Translations under genes and position numbers: made by a program
Notes under the pieces: model-generated
What the model was told of the DNA's origin: nothing
Database searches by the model: none
What the model saw: the letters and a program-made list of their open reading frames with translations, nothing else
Part shown: positions 51,378 through 61,732 of the stretch, one piece after another
Layout: each line of letters starts with the position of its first letter
Numbering within the stretch: the stretch's first letter is position 1
Origin: Opitutales bacterium
GTDB taxonomy: Bacteria; Verrucomicrobiota; Verrucomicrobiia; Opitutales; Coraliomargaritaceae
Assembly: GCA_049598495.1 (NCBI GenBank)
Contig: JBMYNR010000001.1
Coordinates: forward strand, 32,001-96,000
Direction of reading: 5' to 3'
Length of the DNA: 64,000 bases

Positions 51378-53497
51378 TACAGTCGGCGGTGGGCGCGGGG
51401 CTTGGTGGTTTCGCGTTCGGGTTTCTCTTCTTCGAATTTACTACCTTCCATGTAGATTCTTCCTGTAGTGCCTGTTCTTAAATACTCCAACACGGAAGTG
51501 CCCTGTTCGAGAGACTGGATTTTATCCTTGGCCATAATGTTGGCTTCTTCGGCAGTCTTTAAGACGGTAGGCCTTACAAAAATAATCAAATCGGTGCGCC
51601 TGTAGTCTTCGGTGTCACCGCCGAAGACTTTGTTTAAGATGGGGAGTCGTCCTAGGATCGGGAAATAAGCGTTGCTCTCACTTCGTCGGTTTTCCTGAAG
51701 GCCACCAAGAATTATAACCTCGCCCGAGTTGACGGTAATTGTAGAAGTAGCTTCACGACGACCGATGATCGGTTGTTGGTTTCCATCAATCTCAACTTCT
51801 CCTGCAACATTGTCTACTGTCTGTTCAATAGTCATTTGAACACTCTCATCTTTTCCTATAAGAGGTGTGACAGTGAGTTGGATGCCGATGTCTCTGAACT
51901 CGACAGAGCTTCTTGTATTATTGTTGCTGTCAAGCGAGCTAGTTGAAGAGGTGATTATGGGGCGTGATTCACTGACATTTACGACGCCCTCCTCGTTATG
52001 ACTAACGACGATTGTTGGCGTAGAAAGAACCTTAACGTCGCTGTCGGATTCCGCCGCCCTAAGAACTGCATTTACGAGTCCATCCACGTTACCGGTGAAA
52101 GCAAAGCCCGAGCCAAAAATGCCACCTACAGCTTGAGAAATATTGCCATCAGAGTCTTGGGCCAAGTCGCCACCAAACGAAAGGTCTCCGTCTTCGGTAA
52201 GAGTGAAACCAAAAGATGTAATGCCACTCGATTGGTTCTCTCTTAGTGAAACCTCCGTAATAATCGCCTCAATTCTTACCTGCGGTAGCGGGATATCGAT
52301 TTTCTCGATGAGTTCCCGGAGAGTCTTTAGGTCCTGCTGGGTCCCGTAGGCGACAATGGAATTGGTGCGCTCGTCTGCGGAGAGTCCAACGAAGTTGGAG
52401 AACTGAAGGGAACTGTTGGCCTCCACAGGGCTGCTGGAGACGGTATTATTTGTCGGCGGGGTTGGCGCGTTGTTATTATTGCTAGGTCGATTGTTCTGCT
52501 CGTTTTCTCGGGCGACTTGAGCGTCTTCCTCGCGACCCTCCTTCTGGCCGGAGATAATGTCTTCGATGATGGGCACAACCTCCTCTGCCTTCGCCTGCCT
52601 AAGTTGAAAGACCTCGCTGCTGGTAAGCGGGGCCGCGTCCACGTCGACACTGGCGATCACCTCCATGATGACATCAAGATTTCCTGGATGTGTGATCAGA
52701 ATGAGTTGATTGGTCCGTTCATCGGCTGTGACACTGGTATTGCCTTCGAGGTAGCTTTTAAGGGGGCCGTCAATGAGGTTCTCAATACGTTCCTGCATCT
52801 CTGAGGCTTGGACAAAGTCCAGCTTGATGAACTGAATGGACTCACGAATATCCTGTGCGGTGTCAGCTTCACCGAGGATGGTTTCAATCCGCTGGAGATT
52901 AATTAGTGCGTCCGTAATGAGCAAGGCGTTGGACTTGGGGAATGGGATGACACTCGAATTTTGAGAAAGCATGGGCTGAACCAAGGGGGCAGCTGCTTGT
53001 TCCGCGTTGAGATAATCGAGTTTGAAGAGCTTTGCATAAATCTGCTGGCTGGGGTCGAGGTTGAGCGTGCTTCCGCCAAGCATTTGCGGCACATGAGTGT
53101 TCACATTCGTTGCCGGCACGGCCTTCATGAAGCGCCCACCCATATCGGTGAGCATCACTCCGTTGAGAGTGAGCAAGCTCTCGAGTGCAAGAACTGCCTC
53201 GCGCTTGGTCAGGGCGCCGCGTGAATCGAAGGAGATCTTGGTCACCGGGAGATCCTGCCGGCGCAGGATGATTTTTTCCGTCATCTGCTCAAGTAGCTTG
53301 AGCACTTGATCTGCGGAATCCTCTACGAGAACCAGGGTGCCAATCATTTCCTCGGGCTTCTTGAGTTCTGGTTCGACCGGCGAGGCGACTGAGCTTTCCG
53401 AGACGGGTCGTTCAAGACTGCGGCCCTCTTGTGCATGGCCGATTGTGTATGCCGCAGTTAGGAGGCTGACTAAAAATATGTAATGGGAGCGATTCAT
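51377..53497 (-). CDS. gspD: Type II secretion secretin GspD
   Basis: Signal peptide, N domains (ADERTNQL, ADERTNSI), QVRIEAIITEV, VLSTP, DIGIQLTVTP, PILGRLP, LIIFVRP. Confidence 0.93.
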   Translation of the reverse strand: MNRSHYIFLVSLLTAAYTIGHAQEGRSLERPVSESSVASPVEPELKKPEEMIGTLVLVEDSADQVLKLLEQMTEKIILRRQDLPVTKISFDSRGALTKREAVLALESLLTLNGVMLTDMGGRFMKAVPATNVNTHVPQMLGGSTLNLDPSQQIYAKLFKLDYLNAEQAAAPLVQPMLSQNSSVIPFPKSNALLITDALINLQRIETILGEADTAQDIRESIQFIKLDFVQASEMQERIENLIDGPLKSYLEGNTSVTADERTNQLILITHPGNLDVIMEVIASVDVDAAPLTSSEVFQLRQAKAEEVVPIIEDIISGQKEGREEDAQVARENEQNNRPSNNNNAPTPPTNNTVSSSPVEANSSLQFSNFVGLSADERTNSIVAYGTQQDLKTLRELIEKIDIPLPQVRIEAIITEVSLRENQSSGITSFGFTLTEDGDLSFGGDLAQDSDGNISQAVGGIFGSGFAFTGNVDGLVNAVLRAAESDSDVKVLSTPTIVVSHNEEGVVNVSESRPIITSSTSSLDSNNNTRSSVEFRDIGIQLTVTPLIGKDESVQMTIEQTVDNVAGEVEIDGNQQPIIGRREATSTITVNSGEVIILGGLQENRRSESNAYFPILGRLPILNKVFGGDTEDYRRTDLIIFVRPTVLKTAEEANIMAKDKIQSLEQGTSVLEYLRTGTTGRIYMEGSKFEEEKPERETTKPRAHRRL

Positions 53498-53620
53498 TTG
53501 AAAATGTAGCTAGGGCACGCGGTTGCCGTGCAGAGGATATTATTTGAGAACCTTGCGGTGGCTGAGGTGCCCCTACAGAGTCGGGCGGCTATCTGGTTAG
53601 ACGTTCTTTTGCGAAAAGAT

Positions 53621-54178
53621 TCATAAATTTTGATCCTTAAGATCGAAGGAGTTGATTTCATAGCGCACGTCGAGCTGCTCCGGGTTGCGTCGGTTTTTCT
53701 GTATTCGGACGTTTTGTAGGTTGATGTAGGGTGTCTCAGTTTTGAGTAGGATATTGAGCTTTATGAGTTGAGCAATTGAAATTTGGCTCAGGCGGACTCG
53801 CAGATTATGGTCGTTAAAAATCTCCCCTTCACGAGTGCGAACCGGGTCGATATCGGCTTGGCCTGATAGCTTGGCTTGGCGGATGAGTCCATCTACCCGC
53901 CCTGAAAGTTGTGCGGCGGCATAGGTTTTTGAGGGATCGACTCGTTCTAGAGCCGTGGCAAGGCCCTCCGAGTAGAACTCACTACGGTCAAGCCATTGTT
54001 GCTGGGTGCTTAGCTCGATAGTGGTTTGTTGCTTATTCGTATGCCACTGCCACAAGCGCCCCATCCAGCTGTTTCCCCAGAGCAAGAGAATGACTAGAAT
54101 GAATAAGAGGGAGAGGAGCTTTTCCCGAAGGCTCATCTGCCGGTAGTAGGTGTTTACTTTGTCTTTCAGGGTGTTCAT
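53621..54178 (-). CDS. T2SS protein M-like
   Basis: MSLREKLL followed by a TM helix and coiled coil. Position in the operon. Confidence 0.7.
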   Translation of the reverse strand: MNTLKDKVNTYYRQMSLREKLLSLLFILVILLLWGNSWMGRLWQWHTNKQQTTIELSTQQQWLDRSEFYSEGLATALERVDPSKTYAAAQLSGRVDGLIRQAKLSGQADIDPVRTREGEIFNDHNLRVRLSQISIAQLIKLNILLKTETPYINLQNVRIQKNRRNPEQLDVRYEINSFDLKDQNL

Positions 54179-55341
54179 CCGTTGCTTTTGCTCTCTATTG
54201 CCAGATCACTCGGCGCTGGTTCGGGTGGGCTTGGATCCTGATGGGTGTAATCAAGGGTCACTGTGAAAGTGGTTTTCCCGGATCGTGTAATTGATTTTGG
54301 ATCCCCGATTAGCTGGAAAGCTCCGGATCGACTCAAGGAGTCCGTATAGGCATTGAGTTCATTGATCGTATTCGCTTTGCCCTCGATGGTGATACGGTTG
54401 ATACCCTCGATAACGACCTCGTCGTATTCGATACCCGTGTTGCCGAGTTGGATACGGATTTCGTTGGCCGCCTCGAGAATCCCGATTGGGCGCAGTTCAT
54501 TTTTCGCGACCTGATCGAGTTTATTCATGAGACTCTGCTTGTCCTCAATCCGTCGAACCTCTTCTGATTGTTCTTCGATGGTCGCTTGCCGAGAGCTTTG
54601 CCAAGATTGTCCGATAAGAAGAAGTCCTTCCAGAAGCACCAACAGAACCGCGAAGCGAGCCGCATATCCCAACAATTTGGTCACCCAAGTGGTGGTGCGG
54701 CGGACGTTGCGTTCGGCGATTTTGTAATCCTTCGGTCGGATGTCGGCACGCCAGAGGTTTTTTTCATCCGGTTTGAGTGGGGTCCAGTGACCCTTGTCCC
54801 TGGATCCAGCAATGGTTTTAAATTCGAAAGAGGTTTGGTCCGATTTCTCGATTTCGGGGGTGATGAGCTTCAGTCGCAGGGGAGCTTCTGCTGCGTCCTG
54901 TGATGTCTCTGAGACGCTTTGAATGATGCTGGGGAGGCCCTCGCCGGCAGGGCAGTCCAAATGGGTGATGCCATCTTCGCTTTCGAGAAATACCTTGGTT
55001 GGTTCCGTGAAACGAGCCCCTTGCAGTGTGGCGAAGTCGGGGAGGACCCAGATATATGCTTCCAGCTCTGTATAGCCTGCCCGATGGAGGCGATCCCGGA
55101 GAGCTGCGTAGATAAGGATATTTGTCTGCTCCGGGTCGACTAAATAGCCCCAGTAGAGTTGATCGAGGGGGAAGGGCGCGAGCCCCTCCATACTGAGCTC
55201 CGCGAAGTCATCGAGCTCGCCGGATTCGAGTGCGGTAGGTACCTCAACCAGCTCCGTGAAGAAGTAGTCGGCCGGAACGATGCGCACATCGGGGTTGGGC
55301 GAGTGCTTGTTATTGGGGTCTATGTTTTTTGGCGCGCTCAC
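54175..55341 (-). CDS. T2SS protein L-like (PilM/PilN-like)
   Basis: Cytoplasmic domain with EGLAPFPLDQLYW, one TM helix, PilN-like ITIEGKA domain. Operon position. Confidence 0.7.
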   Translation of the reverse strand: MSAPKNIDPNNKHSPNPDVRIVPADYFFTELVEVPTALESGELDDFAELSMEGLAPFPLDQLYWGYLVDPEQTNILIYAALRDRLHRAGYTELEAYIWVLPDFATLQGARFTEPTKVFLESEDGITHLDCPAGEGLPSIIQSVSETSQDAAEAPLRLKLITPEIEKSDQTSFEFKTIAGSRDKGHWTPLKPDEKNLWRADIRPKDYKIAERNVRRTTTWVTKLLGYAARFAVLLVLLEGLLLIGQSWQSSRQATIEEQSEEVRRIEDKQSLMNKLDQVAKNELRPIGILEAANEIRIQLGNTGIEYDEVVIEGINRITIEGKANTINELNAYTDSLSRSGAFQLIGDPKSITRSGKTTFTVTLDYTHQDPSPPEPAPSDLAIESKSNG

Positions 55342-55356
55342 GAAGGTAATACAGAT

Positions 55357-56454
55357 TTAGAATGAATCGCTTTCGTTTTCAATGTCTAGTGCGGAATAGC
55401 GGCCGGGGTTGTCGCTTAGATCGCCCTTTGTATACTCCGACAGATGTAAGATTTTAAACGGGTATTGAAGCGCATCCTGCTCGCTCACGGCACCTGTCTT
55501 GGGAGTATCCTCAGCGCTCCGACTGGGTGCGCCTCCATCGCTCGAGCCGTTGAAATTCGGCTCAACCAGGGCGCTCACCGAAAATGGCACGTTGCCCCGT
55601 CGCAGCGTCACGGTCACACGAAGCAGAGCAACCTCTACACTGCTGAGTTGGCCATTGGCGGTATCGGGTAGCTTGCGGAGATAAGGCACCTCGTCCAGGC
55701 CATCAAAGATAAAGTCCTCATCGTAGCCGTCTTCGAGTGCCAGAACTTCGAGCACGGATTGGGGGCTGTTGTTCAAGTTTACAGGGCCGGTATTCAATAC
55801 GCAGACCATGGCCTCGAGTTGCGCAAAGAGTGCATTCGGGTGACCTGCTTCGTCAAAGAATTCGTCTTCCCAGATCTCAATTAGGCGAAGCTCATCTAAG
55901 CTCTGGAGAGGGCCGTTTGCCGCACGGTAGGGTGGGTCCCGTTGGAGGTAATCGTCCGACTCAGCGCCGTTCAGTCGTCGATTATCATCTTCGTCAATCC
56001 AATCCAGTAGCATGCTACTCAGCTCGCGCGCTATGCCGAAGTCGAATTCGAAGCTCTCTTCCAGCATGCGGTTGAGCAAGTCCTCGCTCATCGTATTAAT
56101 CGGTAGTTTTCCACTCTCATCCTGCAGTGTGACACTCACTTCCCAGTCATTCGGTATTTTGATACCCGCATAGTTGAGCGGGTCGGACCAACCCTGCTCA
56201 GGTGCGTAGAGTTTGCCGTCGTCGATCAGTGCCACCTCGTGGACTGAGGCAAGGGCCACTTCGAGCATGCTGTAGGCAAATGTGCGGACATCGGTCGGTT
56301 CGTTGAAGATGGAGCGGTATTCGAGATCTTCAATGGCCTCATCGATGAAGCGGGTTACAATAAGCGAAAGTAGTAGAACGATGGCAAGCACCGCGACGAG
56401 CACACTGCCACGCTGGCGTCCGGAGCGATTCTGTTCTCTGCCAGATCTCATCAT
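55357..56454 (-). CDS. gspK: Minor pseudopilin GspK
   Basis: QRG|SVLVAVL, DESGKLPIN, LDWIDED, GAESDDY, ELRLI, VNLN. Confidence 0.9.
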   Translation of the reverse strand: MMRSGREQNRSGRQRGSVLVAVLAIVLLLSLIVTRFIDEAIEDLEYRSIFNEPTDVRTFAYSMLEVALASVHEVALIDDGKLYAPEQGWSDPLNYAGIKIPNDWEVSVTLQDESGKLPINTMSEDLLNRMLEESFEFDFGIARELSSMLLDWIDEDDNRRLNGAESDDYLQRDPPYRAANGPLQSLDELRLIEIWEDEFFDEAGHPNALFAQLEAMVCVLNTGPVNLNNSPQSVLEVLALEDGYDEDFIFDGLDEVPYLRKLPDTANGQLSSVEVALLRVTVTLRRGNVPFSVSALVEPNFNGSSDGGAPSRSAEDTPKTGAVSEQDALQYPFKILHLSEYTKGDLSDNPGRYSALDIENESDSF

Positions 56455-57548
56455 TAGAAAAGCAAAGCGGATTGCGACGGCACGCGGATCGTCAGGGTGC
56501 GGGTTTTGGTCTCACCCTCGTATTCGAAAGTGAGCTTTAGAAATCGCGGAAGAACAAACGCTTCATCATCTTCGTTTTTCATGGGCTCATCTTTTTCCTC
56601 CCATTTTTCGAAGCGCTCGTCCCAGTAGATATATTTGATCGCCGTCACCAGATCGCTGATCGGCGTGCGCCGCAGGCCCTCTTCCTCTTCGGATTCCTCC
56701 TGAAGCGGCGTATACCAGAGTAGCGAGAGTCCTTCGTCGCGTTCGAAGTAGAGAAATGTCTCGACCCCGATGACAGGTGCATTGTCCGTTTGGACGAATA
56801 GTGGCGGTGAGTTTCGGAGCCGGAAATGTAGCAGAGGATCCCTAAATCTGGCAAATCCAGGAGGCTTGGACCATTTTATGGGGTCTTCGGCCACGCTTAG
56901 CAGGCTGCTACCGCTGCTACCTGTGGAGGATGCGGAAGTATTCGAGGAGGTAGCACGGCTCCCCGTTTTGATTCCTACGCGGGGGGGGGCGTTGGGGGTA
57001 GCTTGCGACGGATTTGCTTCTACTTCAACTCGGTCGGGGCCTGTTCCTTCGTTAACGGACTCACCACGGTTTGTGCCCTGCGTTCCACGAAGTGCGATTT
57101 CTTGGCCGGCCGAACTAAGGCAGGCTTGGATAAATTCGGTAGCGCCATCGACATGATCCTCGAAAAAGTTGCGATCCTGGCGTTTAACCCAGGCGTCGGT
57201 GATTGAGACGAGTAGGGTGGCTGCACCGGCGAGGAGGGCGCCCGCGATGGTCACTGCGAGGATGACTTCCAGCAAAGTAAAACCGGTGGCAGCTGCGCTG
57301 CGGGTGGTTGGTTGAGTGGTTGAATGGGGAAGGTAGGGCTTGCTGTCCCCAGAACCAGGAGGGTATGTCACGAGCCGTTCGCTTTCGGGAGTATCGAACA
57401 AATCAATTTTCAATGAATTGTAGGGGTGCTGCTTGCGATACCCGCGAAGGTTTGAAACTCTCGGCACACATCGGGAAACTGGCAAGTCCGCGGGCTTCGC
57501 AAGCAAAGCCCCTACGACGGGTAGCTTAGTTTGTTTGTGTGCGTCCAT
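56454..57548 (-). CDS. Minor pseudopilin (GspJ position) with an 89-aa repeat-expanded leader
   Basis: G|FTLLEVILAV prepilin site at residues 89/90. TAATG-coupled to the upstream gene and to gspK. Confidence 0.8.
   Translation of the reverse strand: MDAHKQTKLPVVGALLAKPADLPVSRCVPRVSNLRGYRKQHPYNSLKIDLFDTPESERLVTYPPGSGDSKPYLPHSTTQPTTRSAAATGFTLLEVILAVTIAGALLAGAATLLVSITDAWVKRQDRNFFEDHVDGATEFIQACLSSAGQEIALRGTQGTNRGESVNEGTGPDRVEVEANPSQATPNAPPRVGIKTGSRATSSNTSASSTGSSGSSLLSVAEDPIKWSKPPGFARFRDPLLHFRLRNSPPLFVQTDNAPVIGVETFLYFERDEGLSLLWYTPLQEESEEEEGLRRTPISDLVTAIKYIYWDERFEKWEEKDEPMKNEDDEAFVLPRFLKLTFEYEGETKTRTLTIRVPSQSALLF
57420..57515. repeat. Intragenic REP doublet, 96 bp
   Basis: Arms GTAGGGGTGCTGCTTGCGATACCCGCG and (reverse complement) GTAGGGGCTTTGCTTGCGAAGCCCGCG, 22/27 identical. 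Confidence 0.88.
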
Positions 57549-58024
57549 TAAAAGTTCCAGCCCCCTCGCATATCCTCAAGGGCATCGCGTTTCTCCTGTA
57601 AGAGGTCCGAGCGATCGTCACTCTCCGACCAGGTCGGGCGAAGTAGATAGAGTATTTCAGTGTGTTCCCCTGGGAGGTCTTCTGGGGGGTTGCTGAAATC
57701 GATTCGAAGTTCCACTTTGAAAAGGTCGACGATGTTGGTCGGTTCTATAGTTGCTTCCCAGGATGCCTCTTCAAAGTGCAGTGTTTTAAATCGACCACCG
57801 TCCTCGGCATCTTCGAGCTTCGGTTCCAGTAGAAGTTGCATGCGGACGGCGCGGACGTCGGCTTCGAGGAGATCATGGCGAATGCTCCGTTCCCGTGCGA
57901 GGAGGGCATTCGTGAAGGAAAGAGTCAGCACCGTTGCTGCCGCTCCGAATATAGCCACGGCGATGACCACTTCGATCAGCGAAAATCCGACCTTGGCTCT
58001 CAGGCTATTGGAGGACTTTCTCAA
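57548..58024 (-). CDS. Minor pseudopilin (GspI position)
   Basis: VG|FSLIEVVIAVAI. TTG start overlapping the upstream stop. Confidence 0.82.
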   Translation of the reverse strand: MRKSSNSLRAKVGFSLIEVVIAVAIFGAAATVLTLSFTNALLARERSIRHDLLEADVRAVRMQLLLEPKLEDAEDGGRFKTLHFEEASWEATIEPTNIVDLFKVELRIDFSNPPEDLPGEHTEILYLLRPTWSESDDRSDLLQEKRDALEDMRGGWNF

Positions 58025-58539
58025 TTCGCCCCCCTGACTAAGCTGGAGAAGGGATCGAAGACGAGGCGCACGGCGTTCCCGGAGCCGGCATCAATTTCCG
58101 CGACAAAGGGACTTGAACTCATATCGGGCGCGAAGGCAATCTCAGCGGTTTCCAACTGTGTGCGGTCCGGCTGAGGAAAGGGCTTAAGCCCCTGTGCTGA
58201 GGGGACGAGGTAGAACCGAATCTCGCCGCGACCCTCGTTCCCAAAGTCGTCATCGAGTGAGAAGCTTTCGCCTGAGCTGAGAGCGAGTGCCCCAGTTTCC
58301 TTATTGAAACGGATCGTCGTGACCCGACGTTCGCTGGCGGCGTGATACCTGGCCGAGCGAATTGCGGAGCGGAGCGTGTCTTCAGGTGAAACTACTTCAC
58401 CTCGATCTGCGAAGGCCAGAAAGTTCGTAACGACAACGCTGGCGGCGACCGCGATTAGGGCGATCACCAGAACGATTTCAATCAGGGTAAACGCCGCACG
58501 CGATGCCCCTGCCTCAGTTTTTCCAATTGCCAATGTCAT
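58021..58539 (-). CDS. Minor pseudopilin (GspH position)
   Basis: [18 protein letters not shown] 58539 overlaps the gspG 3' end, as is common for gspG/gspH. Confidence 0.8.
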   Translation of the reverse strand: MTLAIGKTEAGASRAAFTLIEIVLVIALIAVAASVVVTNFLAFADRGEVVSPEDTLRSAIRSARYHAASERRVTTIRFNKETGALALSSGESFSLDDDFGNEGRGEIRFYLVPSAQGLKPFPQPDRTQLETAEIAFAPDMSSSPFVAEIDAGSGNAVRLVFDPFSSLVRGAN

Positions 58540-58957
58540 CGGCGCTTTCGGTGCCGTCTGGCCCGAGCGACCAGACGTCATAACCGCGCGCGCCATTGAT
58601 ATTCTTCGAACCGGGGTAGCGATACCGGTAGGCTTGTTTCCACGGGTCGAGTGGGACTTCTTCGAGATAAGGGCCTCTCCAGCGCGATTCCTTACCGGCG
58701 GGTGCACGCACAAGTGCTTCGAGGCCTTCCTCTGTCGTGGGGTAGTTGCCAACATCAAGCTTGTAGGGGGTCAGTCCAATTTTTGCCGTCTGGTTCACGA
58801 AAATATCAGCAACTTTCGTCTGCTGTCCACCAAACACGTTGTCGAGATTTCCAATGGTCACGGTGACCAGAATGGCGATCAAGGCGATCACGATTAGAAT
58901 TTCGATGAGGCTGAAGCCTCCGCTTCGATTAAATTTATTATGAGAGATCGTGGTCAT
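58514..58957 (-). CDS. gspG: Major pseudopilin GspG
   Basis: [46 protein letters not shown]. Confidence 0.96.
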   Translation of the reverse strand: MTTISHNKFNRSGGFSLIEILIVIALIAILVTVTIGNLDNVFGGQQTKVADIFVNQTAKIGLTPYKLDVGNYPTTEEGLEALVRAPAGKESRWRGPYLEEVPLDPWKQAYRYRYPGSKNINGARGYDVWSLGPDGTESADDIGNWKN

Positions 58958-59031
58958 CTTGAATGGGTATTGGTTTGGTTAGTCATCGATTGTTCGTTTT
59001 TGTTTCCAAATAAAGGTGGCCTGTCGAGGGC

Positions 59032-59478
59032 CTATTTTAAAGCTTCCAGTCGAATATGGTGACTCTGATCGTCAAGAATGGTTAGAAAGAGGTGCCATGC
59101 ATCCTCAGGTAAAGCGTCTGGGATGCGCTCCGGCCATTCGACTACGAAGCACCAGGGGGATTGTAGAAAGTCTTCTATCATGAGGGCATCGAGGTCCGCG
59201 CCCGATTCGAGGCGATAGGCATCGAGATGGATCAGTTGTCGCTCTTCGCCTCGGTAGATCGTATAGAGATTGAAGGTGGGACTGGTGACCGCCTCATCGA
59301 TGCCCCAGGCACGCGCGAGACCGCGGACAAAGGTCGTTTTGCCCGCGCCCAAATCTCCGTGGAGTGCCAAAACTGAATCCGGTGGCAGTTTTGTCGCGAG
59401 TTTAGCGGCCCAGGTTTCGGTCTCTGATGCGCTGTGCGAGCAGATACCGTGCTGCAATTCTGTAAGGAAATCACTCAT
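59032..59478 (-). CDS. tsaE: tRNA threonylcarbamoyladenosine biosynthesis ATPase TsaE
   Basis: [29 protein letters not shown]. Confidence 0.95.
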   Translation of the reverse strand: MSDFLTELQHGICSHSASETETWAAKLATKLPPDSVLALHGDLGAGKTTFVRGLARAWGIDEAVTSPTFNLYTIYRGEERQLIHLDAYRLESGADLDALMIEDFLQSPWCFVVEWPERIPDALPEDAWHLFLTILDDQSHHIRLEALK

Positions 59479-60449
59479 TCGCTGCAAAGGTGCTCGAAGC
59501 CTTCATTCCAGGGGAGCGGTTCTTTTGAATTCTTATCGAGATAGTGACCGCCCGATTTCGATTTTGTGAGCTGTCCGATATGGTTTAGGGCGGTTTGCGG
59601 AAAGGCTTTTTTCCAGGCGGTCGTAAATCGAACCGGGTCCACGGAAGGCTTCAGTGTAAATAACAGTTCGTAGTCTTCTCCGTCACAGAATGCATGTTCC
59701 ATCGCACGACGCCCGCTTCGGTTTGCAGTTTTGATTGCGTCTTCTGAGACAGGAATAGCTGCCCTATCCAGTAGGGCGGCGCAACCTTCGGGAATGAGCG
59801 CCTTCAAGTCTTTGGCTAGGCCGTCGGTCAAATCCATCATACTCGCACAGGCACCAGACTGAAGTAGCCATTGACCCTCAGCTAGGCGTGGTTCGAAAGC
59901 GTAGTGTTTTGATATCAAGCTACCACCCAGGCTGCCCGTTACATATATTGGGCAATCTTCAGTTGCTCCAGTTCGTAGAATTGGATCTTTGTCGACATGG
60001 CCAGTCTGCGTTAGGACAGCCGTGAAATTTCCTTTGTCCAGGGCACTGATGTCACCGCCAACTATCTGGACCTTGTAAGTCAGGCAGGATTCCCTGATGC
60101 CTTCGATGAAAGCTTGCAACCAGTCGATTCGTATATCCGGTCCGCAGAGCAAGTTGAGCAGTGCTGCGCCCGGCGTGCCTCCCATGGCGGCGATATCGCT
60201 TAGATTGCGTTTTATCAGTTTGGCGCCCGCTTGATCCGGGCGGATAGAGTCGTCGAAGTGTTGCCCGTAACTGAGGCTGTCGGTCGTTAATATTTGGCGG
60301 GTTTTATTGTCCAAAGATAACACCGCGCAGTCATCTCCCATGCCTCTAGGTGGGGGAGGGGATGCTGGGCCGAGCCATTTGCCGATTTCTTTAATGAGGC
60401 GGGCTTCTCCAAGTGCGGAGATACGTTCGCTTTGCCTTGTTGTGAACAT
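59475..60449 (-). CDS. thiL: Thiamine-monophosphate kinase
   Basis: [41 protein letters not shown]. Confidence 0.95.
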   Translation of the reverse strand: MFTTRQSERISALGEARLIKEIGKWLGPASPPPPRGMGDDCAVLSLDNKTRQILTTDSLSYGQHFDDSIRPDQAGAKLIKRNLSDIAAMGGTPGAALLNLLCGPDIRIDWLQAFIEGIRESCLTYKVQIVGGDISALDKGNFTAVLTQTGHVDKDPILRTGATEDCPIYVTGSLGGSLISKHYAFEPRLAEGQWLLQSGACASMMDLTDGLAKDLKALIPEGCAALLDRAAIPVSEDAIKTANRSGRRAMEHAFCDGEDYELLFTLKPSVDPVRFTTAWKKAFPQTALNHIGQLTKSKSGGHYLDKNSKEPLPWNEGFEHLCSE

Positions 60450-60460
60450 GCATTAAAAGC

Positions 60461-61246
60461 TTATAACTCCAGTAAGACGGGGCAGTGGTCAGAGCCTTCT
60501 ACTTCGTCTAGGATATTTGCATTGGCGACACGATCTTTCAAGGCCGATGAGATGCAAAAGTAGTCAATGCGCCAGCCGATGTTGCGCTTGCGTGCCCCTG
60601 CACGGTAGGACCACCAACTGTAGCGTCCGCTTACATCTTGGTGCAGTAGGCGGAAAGTATCGATGAAGCCGGCCTCTAGGATGGCGTCGAAACGGGCGCG
60701 TTCCTCGTCTGTGAATCCCGCGTTCTTTCTATTTGTCTTTGGGTTGGCGAGGTCGATCTCGGTATGAGCCACATTGAGATCCCCGCAAAATACGACCGGT
60801 TTTTTAATCTCCAGTTCTCTTACAAATGCGAGAAAATCAAGATCCCACTCCTGGGTGCGGTAGTCGAGGCGTCGGGGGCGTTTGTTCTCGTCGTGATTTT
60901 GTGAGTTGGGTGTATAAACCGTTACTAGGAAGTAGTCCTCAAATTCTGCCGTAATGACGCGCCCCTCCCGGTCATGCTTATCAATCCCTAAGCCATAGCG
61001 AACAGAAAGCGGTTCCGTTTTCGATAGAATCGCAGTGCCCGAGTAGCCCTTTTTTTCCGCGCAATTCCAGTAAACATAAGGATAGCCTTCAAATTCGAAT
61101 TGCTCGACTAGATCGTTCGATATTTTGGTCTCTTGTAAGCATACAACATCGGCATTTTCAGCGGCAATAAATCCGTGAAAACCCTTTTTGATCGCGGCAC
61201 GCAGGCCATTGACGTTCCAAGAGATTAATTTGCGGGATGATGTCAT
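60461..61246 (-). CDS. xth: Exodeoxyribonuclease III (AP endonuclease)
   Basis: [46 protein letters not shown] at 61246. Confidence 0.96.
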   Translation of the reverse strand: MTSSRKLISWNVNGLRAAIKKGFHGFIAAENADVVCLQETKISNDLVEQFEFEGYPYVYWNCAEKKGYSGTAILSKTEPLSVRYGLGIDKHDREGRVITAEFEDYFLVTVYTPNSQNHDENKRPRRLDYRTQEWDLDFLAFVRELEIKKPVVFCGDLNVAHTEIDLANPKTNRKNAGFTDEERARFDAILEAGFIDTFRLLHQDVSGRYSWWSYRAGARKRNIGWRIDYFCISSALKDRVANANILDEVEGSDHCPVLLEL

Positions 61247-61368
61247 ATCTATGCGGATGATCGAAGCGACGAAATCTGTTCCATTCGAAACTGAGCTCGA
61301 ATACATAGAAAGGCTGCGCTCAATGAAAAGCAAGCGATACACAATCGGAAAGGATGCTTCGTGTCTGT

Positions 61369-61426
61369 GGGGTTCGAACTCTTGCCTCGGCGTAGCTCAA
61401 CGAGCGTAGACGGTTGGTCAATGCCG
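61369..61426 (+). repeat. 58-bp composite repeat, copy 3
   Basis: GGGGTTCGAACTC[TTGCCTCGGCGTAGCTCAACGAGCGTAGACGGT]TGGTCAATGCCG. Confidence 0.7.
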
Positions 61427-61444
61427 AGTCGTATCGGACGATTT

Positions 61445-61545
61445 TTTGTTAACCGCTAAAACACGCTAAGGGAACGCTAAAACCTTGGTTCCGAGTCTTG
61501 CTCCTTCAGTTTTAGCGAAAATGGAGCGTCATTAAGCGGTTTAAA
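61445..61545. repeat. AACCGCTAAA...TTTAGCG palindromic repeat
   Basis: AACCGCTAAAACACGCTAA ... TTTAGCG...TTAAGCGGTT. Its reverse complement aligns with 19861-19937. Confidence 0.65.
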
Positions 61546-61732
61546 CAAAGAAGCAATGCCCTCAGTCCTTCATCGGGTGGGTTTGTGCTCCGTCGACCTT
61601 CCTATTTTCTTGGGAGTTCGTCCTGGTGATGCGATGGTATGTTGATCGTATTGTCAGCCTGTCATCAATGGCTGTGCTCTTTGTGCACAAAGACATTGTC
61701 TTTTATGAAGAAGGTTCTCTTCCTCCTACGGC

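Noticed and set aside
58540..58758. Long N-terminal extension of the GspH-position ORF
   Set aside because: It is an alternative frame of gspG. ATG 58539 gives a normal 16-aa leader, so it is not comparable with the gspJ insertion.
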